A DNA stretch of 27,562 nt from Armatimonadota bacterium (lineage in GTDB: Bacteria; Armatimonadota; Fimbriimonadia; Fimbriimonadales; GBS-DC): positions 1 to 27,562 of the forward strand of contig JBBIJY010000032.1 in the NCBI GenBank assembly GCA_037445735.1. The letters are read 5' to 3'. Position 1 is the first letter of the stretch, and each line of letters begins with the position of its first letter. Positions 1 to 8,230 of this stretch are shown here, one piece after another. A model generated the notes under the pieces. It had not been told where the DNA came from. It did no database searches and saw only the letters and a program-made list of their open reading frames with translations. The position numbers and the translations under genes were made by a program.

Positions 1-55
1 CGATGGTGCCGATGTTGACATGCGGCTTCGTTCGCTCAAATTTCTGTCGTGCCAT
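1..55 (-). CDS. tuf: Elongation factor Tu, N-terminal fragment (runs off the window edge)
   Basis: Manual translation gives MARQKFERTKPHVNIGTI, the canonical EF-Tu N-terminus. SD-like GGAGGAG lies at 64-70. Confidence 0.97.
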   Translation of the reverse strand, partial: MARQKFERTKPHVNIGTI

Positions 56-118
56 CGTCTGATCTCCTCCATCTGTCCGATTTTTTTGCCTGAGTGCTTG
101 CTTTAAGGATACCTTAAC

Positions 119-193
119 TGGAGCCCACGACGGGATTCGAACCCGTGACCTCGTCTTTACCAAAGACGCGCTCTACCCCTGAGCTACGTGGGC
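119..193 (-). tRNA. tRNA-Thr(GGT)
   Basis: Cloverleaf GCCCACG...CGTGGGCTCCA, anticodon arm CGTCT-TTGGTAA-AGACG, T-loop GGTTCGAATCC, encoded CCA. Confidence 0.97.
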
Positions 194-200
194 GTCCGTC

Positions 201-286
201 TGGTGGGGGGAGCAGGATTCGAACCTGCGAAGGCGTCCGCCACCAGATTTACAGTCTGGCCCCTTTGGCCGCTCGGGCATCCCCCC
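201..286 (-). tRNA. tRNA-Tyr(GTA)
   Basis: Anticodon arm CCAGA-CTGTAAA-TCTGG, long variable arm, GGTTCGAATCC, encoded CCA. Tyr-Thr-tuf order resembles a reduced tufB operon. Confidence 0.97.
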
Positions 287-297
287 GCGCAGGCGTT

Positions 298-328
298 ATT
301 ATACCCACCCGCTGACAGGCTCTGTCAA
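298..328 (-). promoter_or_regulatory. Sigma70-type promoter of the tRNA-tuf operon
   Basis: TTGACA (323-328) and TATAAT (298-303) are both consensus, with an unusually long 19-bp spacer. The -10 is preceded by GG. Confidence 0.8.
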
Positions 329-921
329 GGGGTAGAGAGGCTGTTCGAAAGCAGGGTAGCGACCGGTTCGAAGGTGCGCCGATGGATTGGTGAGGGTCCC
401 AGCTGGTGGAGCTGGCGCAGGTGAAACGGCGTTGCATAGCCCTTGTGCCGGGCAAAGCCGTAGCCCGGATAGAGGCGGTCGTATTCGTGCATGAGCCGAT
501 CACGCACCACTTTGGCAAGAACGGAGGCAGCCGCGATGCGCTCATCCAGCGCGTCGCCATCGATGAGCGCGCGCTGGGGCAGGACACAATCCGTGATTGC
601 ATGCCGACCGTCGATGAGCAGCTCATCGGGCACGATGGGAAGGCTTTCAACGGCGCGGCGCATCGCCAGCAGGCTCGCACGCAAAATGTTCATCTGTTCG
701 ATCTCGCGCGCGGTGGCGATGCCGACCGCCCACGCCAGCGCAACTTCCCGAATCGCATCGAAGAGCTGTTCGCGCACGGGCGCGGTCAGCTGCTTGCTAT
801 CTCGAATGTTGCAGAGGGTGTGATTGGGCGGCAGGATGACGCAGGCGGCGACCACGGGACCCGCCAGCGGACCGCGCCCCGCCTCGTCCACACCAGCCAC
901 CCATCGCCGCACCATCCGCAT
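325..921 (-). CDS. rnhB: Ribonuclease HII
   Basis: Motifs AGVDEAGRGPLAGPVVAA, DSKQL, IDG, IAAASVLAKVVRD, HKGY and HRRTF. The start is uncertain (921 or 915); the track's 1209 start overlaps tdk. Confidence 0.95.
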   Translation of the reverse strand: MRMVRRWVAGVDEAGRGPLAGPVVAACVILPPNHTLCNIRDSKQLTAPVREQLFDAIREVALAWAVGIATAREIEQMNILRASLLAMRRAVESLPIVPDELLIDGRHAITDCVLPQRALIDGDALDERIAAASVLAKVVRDRLMHEYDRLYPGYGFARHKGYATPFHLRQLHQLGPSPIHRRTFEPVATLLSNSLSTP

Positions 922-1044
922 CGTCCGATGCGATTCGCCCTCTGTCGCGCTGCTCCTGCTGGCGTCGAAGGGATGTCCGACCACCTTGCCAGAGAGGTGA
1001 ACAGGAGAATCGCGGGCGGTTGCGAATCTGCCACCCGGGGAGCC

Positions 1045-1689
1045 ATGAAACCGCTGGGACAGTTGACCGTGATCTGCGGCAGTATGTTCGCAGGCAAGTC
1101 GGAAGAGCTGATTCGGCAGGTACGCCGCGCGATGTACGCCCGCAAGAAGGTGCAGGTGTTCAAGCACGCACTGGATGACCGCTTCGAACGCACGGCGGTC
1201 GCCACGCATAACGGGGTTCAGCTCTCCGCCGTGCCCGTGCGCAACAGCCAGGAGTTAGCCGCGCTGATTGAACCCGACACCGACCTGATAGCCGTTGAAG
1301 AGGCGCAGTTTTTCGACGAGGGGCTGATCGACCTCTGCGTGCAGCTGGCGGATAGCGGGCGAACGGTGATCGTGGCGGGGCTGGATCAGGACTTTCGGCG
1401 TCAGCCGTTCGGGATTATGCCGACGCTGATGGCGCTGGCGGATGAGGTGGTCAAGCTGCGGGCGATCTGCGTGGTGTGCGGTCGCCCCGCCAGCCACACC
1501 CAGCGTCTGGTGGATGGTCGCCCTGCTGCATGGGATGAGCCGACCATTCTGGTGGGCGCGGCGGACCACTACGAAGCCCGCTGCCGCAACTGCCATCAGG
1601 TGCGTAAAGTGCCCGCGGCATACCGCCAGCGGGCGCGTCGGCTCGCCATCGGGCGCAACGCCTATCGTCCGAAGGAGCCAGCGAAATGA
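1045..1689 (+). CDS. tdk: Thymidine kinase
   Basis: GSMFAGKSEELIR P-loop, VEEAQFF, VAGLDQDF, and Zn motifs CVVC and YEARCRNC. GGGGAG precedes the ATG at 1045. Confidence 0.96.
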   Translation: MKPLGQLTVICGSMFAGKSEELIRQVRRAMYARKKVQVFKHALDDRFERTAVATHNGVQLSAVPVRNSQELAALIEPDTDLIAVEEAQFFDEGLIDLCVQLADSGRTVIVAGLDQDFRRQPFGIMPTLMALADEVVKLRAICVVCGRPASHTQRLVDGRPAAWDEPTILVGAADHYEARCRNCHQVRKVPAAYRQRARRLAIGRNAYRPKEPAK

Positions 1690-2237
1690 CCTTCCGATGG
1701 TCAGGCGCCGTCGCTTATGATGACCAGCAAGCCCGCGAGCGACTGCAGGGCTACTTTGAGGCAATTGGCTACCAGTGCGTGCAGCGCGAGCCGGATCTGA
1801 TGCTCCAGCGTGGCTCGTTCTGGCGCGGGCTGATCAGCGCGGCGCCACGCCATATCTGGATGCGCATCCTCGCGCGTGCACAGCCGTGGGGCGTGCATAC
1901 GCTGGTCGATGTGGAGTTCCAGATTCTCCAGCGGGGTCGCAGCCTGCAGGCGCTGGATGCCGAACTGCTGGTGGAGGAGGCTCGCCAGATGGTGCGCTAC
2001 CTGCAGGAGGGCGACGCCGACTTCGAAAAGTTGCAACAGCTCAATCAGCGGGCGATTCGCACCGCTCGCCGCGCCCTCATCACAACGCTGGTGATTGTGG
2101 CAGCGCTCGCACTGCCGGTCGGGCTGGCGCTGGCGGGGATGCGTGTGCCGTCCGCGCTTGCCCCTGTTATCGGTGGCGCGATTGGTGGGCTTATCGCCGG
2201 TTTTTTGTTCCGCCACCTCACCCGACGCCGACGGTGA
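1686..2237 (+). CDS. Hypothetical membrane protein with two C-terminal TM helices
   Basis: ATGA overlap with the tdk stop, two hydrophobic segments and a basic RRRR tail. Confidence 0.8.
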   Translation: MTFRWSGAVAYDDQQARERLQGYFEAIGYQCVQREPDLMLQRGSFWRGLISAAPRHIWMRILARAQPWGVHTLVDVEFQILQRGRSLQALDAELLVEEARQMVRYLQEGDADFEKLQQLNQRAIRTARRALITTLVIVAALALPVGLALAGMRVPSALAPVIGGAIGGLIAGFLFRHLTRRRR

Positions 2238-2258
2238 AAAGCGTTCAGAACGGCATGC

Positions 2259-4631
2259 CTATTCTTCGGTGCGAATCGCTTTGAGCAGGAAAGGCGTGCC
2301 ATCGGGCAGCTGGTGCAGTGTGCGTGGGTGGTTCAGATAGCGGCTGAGTGCGCCTGACAGCCCGCGTGCCCACGGATTGCCCGCCATCGTCAGGTTCACA
2401 ATCAGGTAGTCGCGGGCGCGGGTGAGCGCGACATAGAGTTTGCGCTGCGATTCGGCGATCTCGTCGCTCCGATGACGCTCATGCAGGAGGCGGTAGGTGG
2501 CGGTCTCGTAGCCGTTGCGCAGGCGCAGCCCGATCCGTCGTTCGGTCGGCTGCACATGCAGGGGTAGGTCGCGCACACGCTCGCGATAGCCCGTGTCGGC
2601 AAGGAACACCACGGGAAACTCCAGCCCTTTGGCGCCGTGAACGGTATAGAACCGCACCACATCCGCGCTCTCTTCGCAGGTGGGCGCGTTGCCCTCGCGC
2701 TGTTCGGCACGCACGAGCGCATCCAGCTGCTCCGCGAACGCCAGCGGCGGCACCTCCGGCTGATCGATTGCCAGCGCGACCAGCTTGCGCACATTGGCGA
2801 CCTGCTGGGCGCCATCTGGCTCGCGCAACAGCTGGGCTTCGTACGCGCTGGCTTCCAGCGCGCGCATCAGCAGCCAGCCGACGGTGCGCCGACCGACCTC
2901 GCGCTCCAGCTCGGTGAACCAGCCGAGAAAGCGCGCCAGTTTCTCGCGGTCGGGCGCGGGCAGTTCCGTCGGCGGCTCGTTCAGCGCAAGGCGCAGGGGC
3001 AGCTGGCGTGCGTGCGCCTCGTCCATCAGCAGCACCAGCGCGTCGAGGCTCAGTCCCGCCATCGGCGAGCGCAACAGGCTCAACAGCGCGACCTCATCCT
3101 CCATGTCGGTGAGCGCCCGCAAAAGATTTGCCAGATCGCGCACCTCATAGCGCAGCCAGTAGCCGCGCCCGCCGCCCACCACATAGCACGGCACCCCCAT
3201 CGCCTGAAACTGGCGCTCGTACTCGTCCACCGCCGTGTATTGATGGAACAGCAGCGCGAAGTCGCCGTAGCGCGCGGGGCGCAGTTCGCCCGCCTCCAGA
3301 TCGTGAACGGGCAGGCAACCCTCCTGCACCCATCGGCGGATCGTGCCTGCAATCAGCGCGGCTTCGGCACAGGGGTCACGCCGCTGCCAGCGCCACACCT
3401 GCACATGCGGCTCGCTGGCGTGTCCCGCCGTCTCGTTCGGATAAACCCGCGCGTGCTGGGGTGGCAGGAACCGCTCGCCCCATATCTGCTCGAACACGAA
3501 GCGCACAAACGCCAGAATCTCCGCGCGCGAGCGGAAGTTGGCGTTCATCTCCAGAATACAGCCCTGCTCGTGCGCCTGCGTGCGGTCGCGCCACTCGTGG
3601 AACACGCGCAGATCGGCGAATCGGAAGCCGTAAATCGACTGTTGCGCGTCGCCCACCACCATCAGGTTGCCCTGCTCGCCCGTGAGCAGTTCGATCAGCT
3701 CCGCCTGCAACGGGTCGATGTCCTGCGCTTCGTCCACCAGCACATACTGGAACAGTTGCTGATAGCGTCGGCGCACAGTCGCCGACTGGCGCAACATCTG
3801 CAGGGTGCGCAGCTGGAGGTCGTCGAAGTCGAGCGCGGCGCGCTGGGCTTTGAGCTGTTCGTATTGCGCCAGATACTCACATGCGAGCGCGAGCAAGGCG
3901 CTCTGCAACGCCTGCGCATAGGCTTCCTGCTCGGGATCGGTATCCCCCTCACCCATACCCTCTCCCCCGCTGGGGGAGAGGGATTTAGTTAGACCCCCCT
4001 CTCCCACAGCGTGGGAGAGGGGCTGGGGGTGAGGGCAAGCCCACTCCCGCAAATCGGGCAGATCCAGCCCCTGATGGCGAGCTTCGTCCACCAGATGGCG
4101 CATCATGCGATAAAGCGTCTGCAGCGGGTCGCCCCGCGTCAGGCTGTCGCCCAGCATCAGATATTCGGCAATCAGCGACTGCAACGCCTGCGGCTCCACA
4201 GGGCACGCGCTTGGCTTGCCGCTCAGCAATCGCTCCAGCGCCCTGTGGAACGCCTCGAGGCGCAGCTGCTGGCTTTCGGGCGCAGTCAGAACGGCGGGGT
4301 CTGGCTCAACGCCCGCTTCAAACGGGTTCTCCTGCAGCAGCCGTCGGCACAGGGCGTGAATCGTGTGGATATACGCGCTCTCGATGCGGTGGCGGGCGTC
4401 CAGCAAGCCGCGCGATTCAAGCTTGCGAATGATGCGGGCTTTCATCTCGGCGGTCGCCGTGCGGGTGAAGGTGATGGTCAGGATTCGTTCAGGATCAACT
4501 CCGCACGCGCTCACGAGGTGGACGAACCGCTCGGTCAGCACGCCCGTCTTACCCGACCCCGCGCCCGCCACCAGCATCAGCCGCCCAATCCCGAACTCAA
4601 TCGCCCGCCGCTGAACCTCTGTGAACTGCAT
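2259..4631 (-). CDS. UvrD/AddA-like SF1A ATP-dependent helicase lacking a C-terminal nuclease domain
   Basis: Motifs AGAGSGKT, TFTRTA, VDEAQD, VGDAQQSIYGFR, NFRS, TVHGAKGLEFPVV and LYVALTRARD. The LSLLRSPMAGLS segment is AddA-like. Confidence 0.92.
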   Translation of the reverse strand: MQFTEVQRRAIEFGIGRLMLVAGAGSGKTGVLTERFVHLVSACGVDPERILTITFTRTATAEMKARIIRKLESRGLLDARHRIESAYIHTIHALCRRLLQENPFEAGVEPDPAVLTAPESQQLRLEAFHRALERLLSGKPSACPVEPQALQSLIAEYLMLGDSLTRGDPLQTLYRMMRHLVDEARHQGLDLPDLREWACPHPQPLSHAVGEGGLTKSLSPSGGEGMGEGDTDPEQEAYAQALQSALLALACEYLAQYEQLKAQRAALDFDDLQLRTLQMLRQSATVRRRYQQLFQYVLVDEAQDIDPLQAELIELLTGEQGNLMVVGDAQQSIYGFRFADLRVFHEWRDRTQAHEQGCILEMNANFRSRAEILAFVRFVFEQIWGERFLPPQHARVYPNETAGHASEPHVQVWRWQRRDPCAEAALIAGTIRRWVQEGCLPVHDLEAGELRPARYGDFALLFHQYTAVDEYERQFQAMGVPCYVVGGGRGYWLRYEVRDLANLLRALTDMEDEVALLSLLRSPMAGLSLDALVLLMDEAHARQLPLRLALNEPPTELPAPDREKLARFLGWFTELEREVGRRTVGWLLMRALEASAYEAQLLREPDGAQQVANVRKLVALAIDQPEVPPLAFAEQLDALVRAEQREGNAPTCEESADVVRFYTVHGAKGLEFPVVFLADTGYRERVRDLPLHVQPTERRIGLRLRNGYETATYRLLHERHRSDEIAESQRKLYVALTRARDYLIVNLTMAGNPWARGLSGALSRYLNHPRTLHQLPDGTPFLLKAIRTEE
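3946..4035. repeat. Inverted pair of REP-like palindromes inside the helicase ORF
   Basis: Hairpins at 3958-3982 and 3996-4022, flanked by CCCTCACCC (3946-3954) and GGGTGAGGG (4027-4035). Confidence 0.88.
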
Positions 4632-4669
4632 CGCTCACTCCATACACCCCTCCCCGCAGCGATAGCAGG

Positions 4670-4694
4670 ATTGTACCTCTCATTGGGGTATGAT
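4670..4694. promoter_or_regulatory. Back-to-back divergent -10 elements for the helicase and dinB-family gene
   Basis: GGTACAAT on the minus strand (4670-4677) and GGTATGAT on the plus strand (4687-4694). Confidence 0.6.
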
Positions 4695-4711
4695 AGGAAC
4701 GAGGTTTCGCT

Positions 4712-5179
4712 ATGACTTTCTATGAGGCGCTGGAGCGGATGACATGGGAAGCGGTGGAGATGCTCTTTCGCTATGCGCGGGCGGTGCCAGCGGAGAAGCT
4801 GAGCTGGCGCCCTGCCGAACATGCCCGCAGCGTGCTGGAAATCCTGCAGGAGAACGCCATCACGCCTTACTTTCTGATGATTGCCCTGCAGGAGCGACCC
4901 CAGCAGCCCGATAAAACCATCTCACAGCGGGCGACCGAGCAGGCGGGCAACATCAGCACGCTGGACGGCTGCGAGCAAGCCTGCCGCAAAGGCACCGCCG
5001 AACTGCTCGCGCTCATCCAGCAGATACCACCTGCCGAGCTGGAGCAGACCGTGATGATGCCGTGGGGCAAGGCGATGAGCCTTTTTGAAATCGCGTACGA
5101 CCACTACTGGAACCTGACCTATCATCTGGGGCAGGTCGCCTATATCCAGCTGCTGTACGGCGACCGTGCGCATCACTGA
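4712..5179 (+). CDS. DinB/YfiT-like four-helix-bundle protein
   Basis: LSWRP..ARSVLEIL and the C-terminal HYWNLTYHLGQV pattern. GAGG precedes the start. Confidence 0.85.
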   Translation: MTFYEALERMTWEAVEMLFRYARAVPAEKLSWRPAEHARSVLEILQENAITPYFLMIALQERPQQPDKTISQRATEQAGNISTLDGCEQACRKGTAELLALIQQIPPAELEQTVMMPWGKAMSLFEIAYDHYWNLTYHLGQVAYIQLLYGDRAHH

Positions 5180-5191
5180 GCGCGCAAACAA

Positions 5192-5226
5192 GCAGGGAAC
5201 GGTTTTCACCGCCCCTGCCTGAAAAA
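5192..5226. terminator. Probable terminator hairpin between convergent genes
   Basis: GCAGGG-AA-CGGT-TTTC-ACCG-C-CCCTGC stem between two converging stop codons, without a clean U-tract in either direction. Confidence 0.5.
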
Positions 5227-5244
5227 TGGGCTTCGCTGCCGCCG

Positions 5245-5394
5245 TCAGTGCCCTGCGCAGCAGGCGGGCTTTTTGGTGCTGTTGGACACCGCTGCGGCGG
5301 ATGACGCTTTCCCCTCGCGCAGACCTGCCACGAGCGCAGCCGCACCCGCGCCCAGCAGGGCTGCAACCGCCAGAATCAGCCCGATCTTGTTCAT
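5245..5394 (-). CDS. Small 49-aa membrane or exported peptide with C-terminal CCAGH (absent from the ORF track)
   Basis: MNKIGLILAVAALLGAGAAALVAGLREGKASSAAAVSNSTKKPACCAGH. SD GGAGG at 5401-5405, GGTATAAT at 5412-5419, and an ATGA overlap with the upstream stop. Confidence 0.8.
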   Translation of the reverse strand: MNKIGLILAVAALLGAGAAALVAGLREGKASSAAAVSNSTKKPACCAGH

Positions 5395-6338
5395 GACTTG
5401 CCTCCGCTCAGATTATACCACCATTCGCGTGGCAGATCGAGCGCGCGCAGCGCCGATTCGAGCACCGGGCGAATCGCCTCTGCCCAGTCGGCAGGCGCAC
5501 GCCCCCGCACCACCACTGGCTCCACATCCAGCCCCGTGCATTCGAACCGATACGCATCGGGCTGGTCCGCCGCGCGAATGGTCAGCATCGGCATGCCAAT
5601 CGATCGGGCGAACTCGGTGATGAGACGATCCTTCTCGGTCGTTTGCTCGTTCTCCTGATGGGCGTTATGCAGGTTCAGGTTGATAGGCAGCACCACCAGC
5701 GCATCGGGATTCACCCCGAAGCTGAGCGTGATGACCAGATCGACAGCGGAGCGAGCGATGGCGGAAGGCATATTCGCCCGATAGCCCGTGACGAAGCCGA
5801 ACGGAACCTGATGATGGCAGGCAATCGCGTACTGCAACGCGAGGCAGTCGACAGCTTCGCGCAGAAGCCGCTCATGGAAGCTCTGCACCAGTCGCCCCGG
5901 CGGGGTATGTGTCCGTCCGTAGCGGGCACGCAGGAGCGCGAGCGGCGCCTGAATCGCCATCCCCAGATGCGGCATCGCAGCAGCTATCTCCATCCGAACG
6001 CCCGCCATCTCGCAGTTCAGGTGGACGCCCGCAGGTCCCTCATAGACCTCCAGCCATAACAGCTCGCACTCGCGATACGCCTCTCGCAACGCCTCGCTCA
6101 AGGTCGGCTCTGTTTCCAGCACCATAAAGGGGCGCTTCTCCAGGTCATCGGGCATCACCAGCACGCCGAAGCAGGGCTTGTTGAACTCCGGGATATATGC
6201 CGACGGACGATAGAGCGGATGGAACACGAACCGTCGCGCCGGACGCAACAGCAGTTCATATTCTCCCGTCGCTTGCAGAACCTCCGCTAAGTATCTATTT
6301 ATCGGATGCGTCAGCAATCGATTCGGTTGAAACGCCAT
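5391..6338 (-). CDS. Hypothetical protein with a DUF2726-like (Vsr/PD-(D/E)XK fold) C-terminal region
   Basis: SD GGAGGTGA supports the start. The pattern SFHERLL..HQVPF..AVDLVI..INLNLHNAH..KDRL..IGMPMLTI resembles DUF2726. The ORF is confident; the domain call is tentative. Confidence 0.6.
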   Translation of the reverse strand: MAFQPNRLLTHPINRYLAEVLQATGEYELLLRPARRFVFHPLYRPSAYIPEFNKPCFGVLVMPDDLEKRPFMVLETEPTLSEALREAYRECELLWLEVYEGPAGVHLNCEMAGVRMEIAAAMPHLGMAIQAPLALLRARYGRTHTPPGRLVQSFHERLLREAVDCLALQYAIACHHQVPFGFVTGYRANMPSAIARSAVDLVITLSFGVNPDALVVLPINLNLHNAHQENEQTTEKDRLITEFARSIGMPMLTIRAADQPDAYRFECTGLDVEPVVVRGRAPADWAEAIRPVLESALRALDLPREWWYNLSGGKS

Positions 6339-6395
6339 TTGCTATCACCTCCATACTCGAACTTGACAGATGCTGCTCAAAAGTCATCCCCATTT

Positions 6396-6425
6396 CAGTC
6401 GGCGTTCGGATGTGAATGCCGACTG
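6396..6425. promoter_or_regulatory. Inverted repeat in a divergent intergenic region (operator or hairpin)
   Basis: CAGTCGGCGTTC-GGATGT-GAATGCCGACTG. Confidence 0.45.
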
Positions 6426-6471
6426 TAGAGAGATTCGCCCCGCAAGCCGATAATTCCTGCAGGGACGAGCG

Positions 6472-8166
6472 ATGTATGGCACAAAGCGTCTGGGCGAATG
6501 GCTGATTCAGCAGGGCAAAATCACGCCGCAGCAGTTGCAGGAGGCGCTGGAGGCTCAGCGCCTGACAGGCAAGCGGCTCGGTGAAACGCTGATCGAGCTG
6601 GGCTATATCACGCGCGAGGACTATTATCAGGCGCAGGCTGCCCAGTATGAGGTACCTTATGAGCCGCTCCAGTCAACCTCGTTGCGCATCGATCCGTCGC
6701 TGTGCGCACTGGTGCCGCCTGCGATAGCGACGCGCCACTTCGTGCTGCCCCTGCATCGCGAGGGCAACATCCTGCACCTGACGATGGCAGACCCTAACGA
6801 TGTGGAGGCGCAGGACTATATCCGCCAGCTCACCGGATTGCAGCTGAAGCTCTACTATTCGCCGCCCGAGCGCATCCTGCAGGCGATAGCCCAGCTCTAT
6901 GGCGTGCAGGACGAGATTCTGGAGACCGAGCTGGAGCCAGACGGCGCCACGGAATCGGATGACCTGCTTCGAGTGCAGGAGGCGATGAACCAGCCGCCCA
7001 TCATCCGGCTGGTCAACACGATTCTGTTCGAGGCGGTGGAACAGCGGGCGAGCGATATTCATTTTGAGCCGCAGGAGCAGCGGCTGCAGGTTCGGTTCCG
7101 TGTGGATGGCGTGCTGTATCCTGTGCGCACGATCCCGCGCAGTTTGCAGGCGTCGGTGCTGGCGCGGGTCAAGTTGATGGCGGAGATGGACATCGCCGAG
7201 CGGCGTCGCCCCCAGGATGGGCGATTCTCGTTCCGTGTCGGCGAGCGCAAGATCGATGCGCGCGTGTCCACCCTGCCGACCGCTTTTGGCGAGCGGATTG
7301 TCGTGCGCCTGCTGGATCGGAGCCAGTCCCTGCTCTCGCTGAATCAGCTGGGCATGCCCGACGCGGTGCTGAACCCGCTGCTGGAGCTGGTCGCGCGTCC
7401 GTGGGGACTGATTCTGGTGACGGGTCCCACTGGCGCGGGCAAGACCACCACGCTCTATGCCCTGCTGCAGCACCTGCGCTCGGATCGACGCAACATTCTC
7501 ACCTGTGAAGACCCCATCGAATACACGCTGGAGGGCGTCGGTCAATCGCAGGTGAATGAGCGTGCGGGGCTGACCTTCGCCCATCAGTTGCGGGCGATTC
7601 TGCGTCAGGACCCCGATGTGGTGCTGGTGGGTGAGATTCGCGACACCGAAACCGCCGAGATTGCCTGCCGCGCCGCGATGACAGGGCATCTGGTGCTGTC
7701 CACTCTGCACACCAACGACGCCACCAGCGCGCCCGCTCGCCTGCTGGATATGGGTATTCCCGCGTTTCTGATCAACTCCGCGCTCACCGGCGTGCTGGCG
7801 CAGCGACTGGTGCGCAAGCTCTGCCCGCGATGTCGCGAAGCGGTGTCGGTGGACGCCGAATCGGTATGTCGCTGGCTGGGTACGGGAACTGTCACCCTGT
7901 ATGAACCACGCGGCTGCTCGGCGTGCAACCAGATTGGCTATCGGGGTCGTGTCGGGGTGTATGAGCTGTTGATTGTCAGCGACCCGGCGCGTCGGCTGAT
8001 CGCGCATGGTGCTGATAGCGCCACGCTACGCACCGCCTGCTCACCTGACACGCTCTTCCCGCTCTGGGAGGATATCCGCCAGAAGGTGCTGCAGGGCGTC
8101 ACCAGCCTGGATGAGGCTCTCGCCGTGCTGGGCGAGCTGCCTGCGTCCCTCCCACAGGCAGCATAG
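6472..8166 (+). CDS. GspE/PilB-family secretion/pilus ATPase with an N-terminal MshEN domain
   Basis: ASDIHFEP, GPTGAGKTTT, EDPIE, LRQDPDVVLVGEIRD, GHLVLSTLHTN, CPRC and CSAC, plus tandem RLGxxL motifs at the N-terminus. Confidence 0.93.
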   Translation: MYGTKRLGEWLIQQGKITPQQLQEALEAQRLTGKRLGETLIELGYITREDYYQAQAAQYEVPYEPLQSTSLRIDPSLCALVPPAIATRHFVLPLHREGNILHLTMADPNDVEAQDYIRQLTGLQLKLYYSPPERILQAIAQLYGVQDEILETELEPDGATESDDLLRVQEAMNQPPIIRLVNTILFEAVEQRASDIHFEPQEQRLQVRFRVDGVLYPVRTIPRSLQASVLARVKLMAEMDIAERRRPQDGRFSFRVGERKIDARVSTLPTAFGERIVVRLLDRSQSLLSLNQLGMPDAVLNPLLELVARPWGLILVTGPTGAGKTTTLYALLQHLRSDRRNILTCEDPIEYTLEGVGQSQVNERAGLTFAHQLRAILRQDPDVVLVGEIRDTETAEIACRAAMTGHLVLSTLHTNDATSAPARLLDMGIPAFLINSALTGVLAQRLVRKLCPRCREAVSVDAESVCRWLGTGTVTLYEPRGCSACNQIGYRGRVGVYELLIVSDPARRLIAHGADSATLRTACSPDTLFPLWEDIRQKVLQGVTSLDEALAVLGELPASLPQAA

Positions 8167-8230
8167 TACCGACCTGCTTGTTTTGAGCCAGCTCAGGGGC
8201 GCTTGTCAGCAGGTATCCTCTACAGGGTAG

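Noticed and set aside
119-286. Integrated element at the tRNA genes
   Set aside because: I saw no integrase and no duplicated tRNA 3' end in the window.
188-424. 78-aa plus-strand ORF
   Set aside because: It lies antisense to tRNA-Tyr and its promoter.
406-1044. Long N-terminal extension of tdk (427-aa ORF)
   Set aside because: It is the antisense shadow of rnhB. Thymidine kinase homology and an SD begin at ATG 1045.
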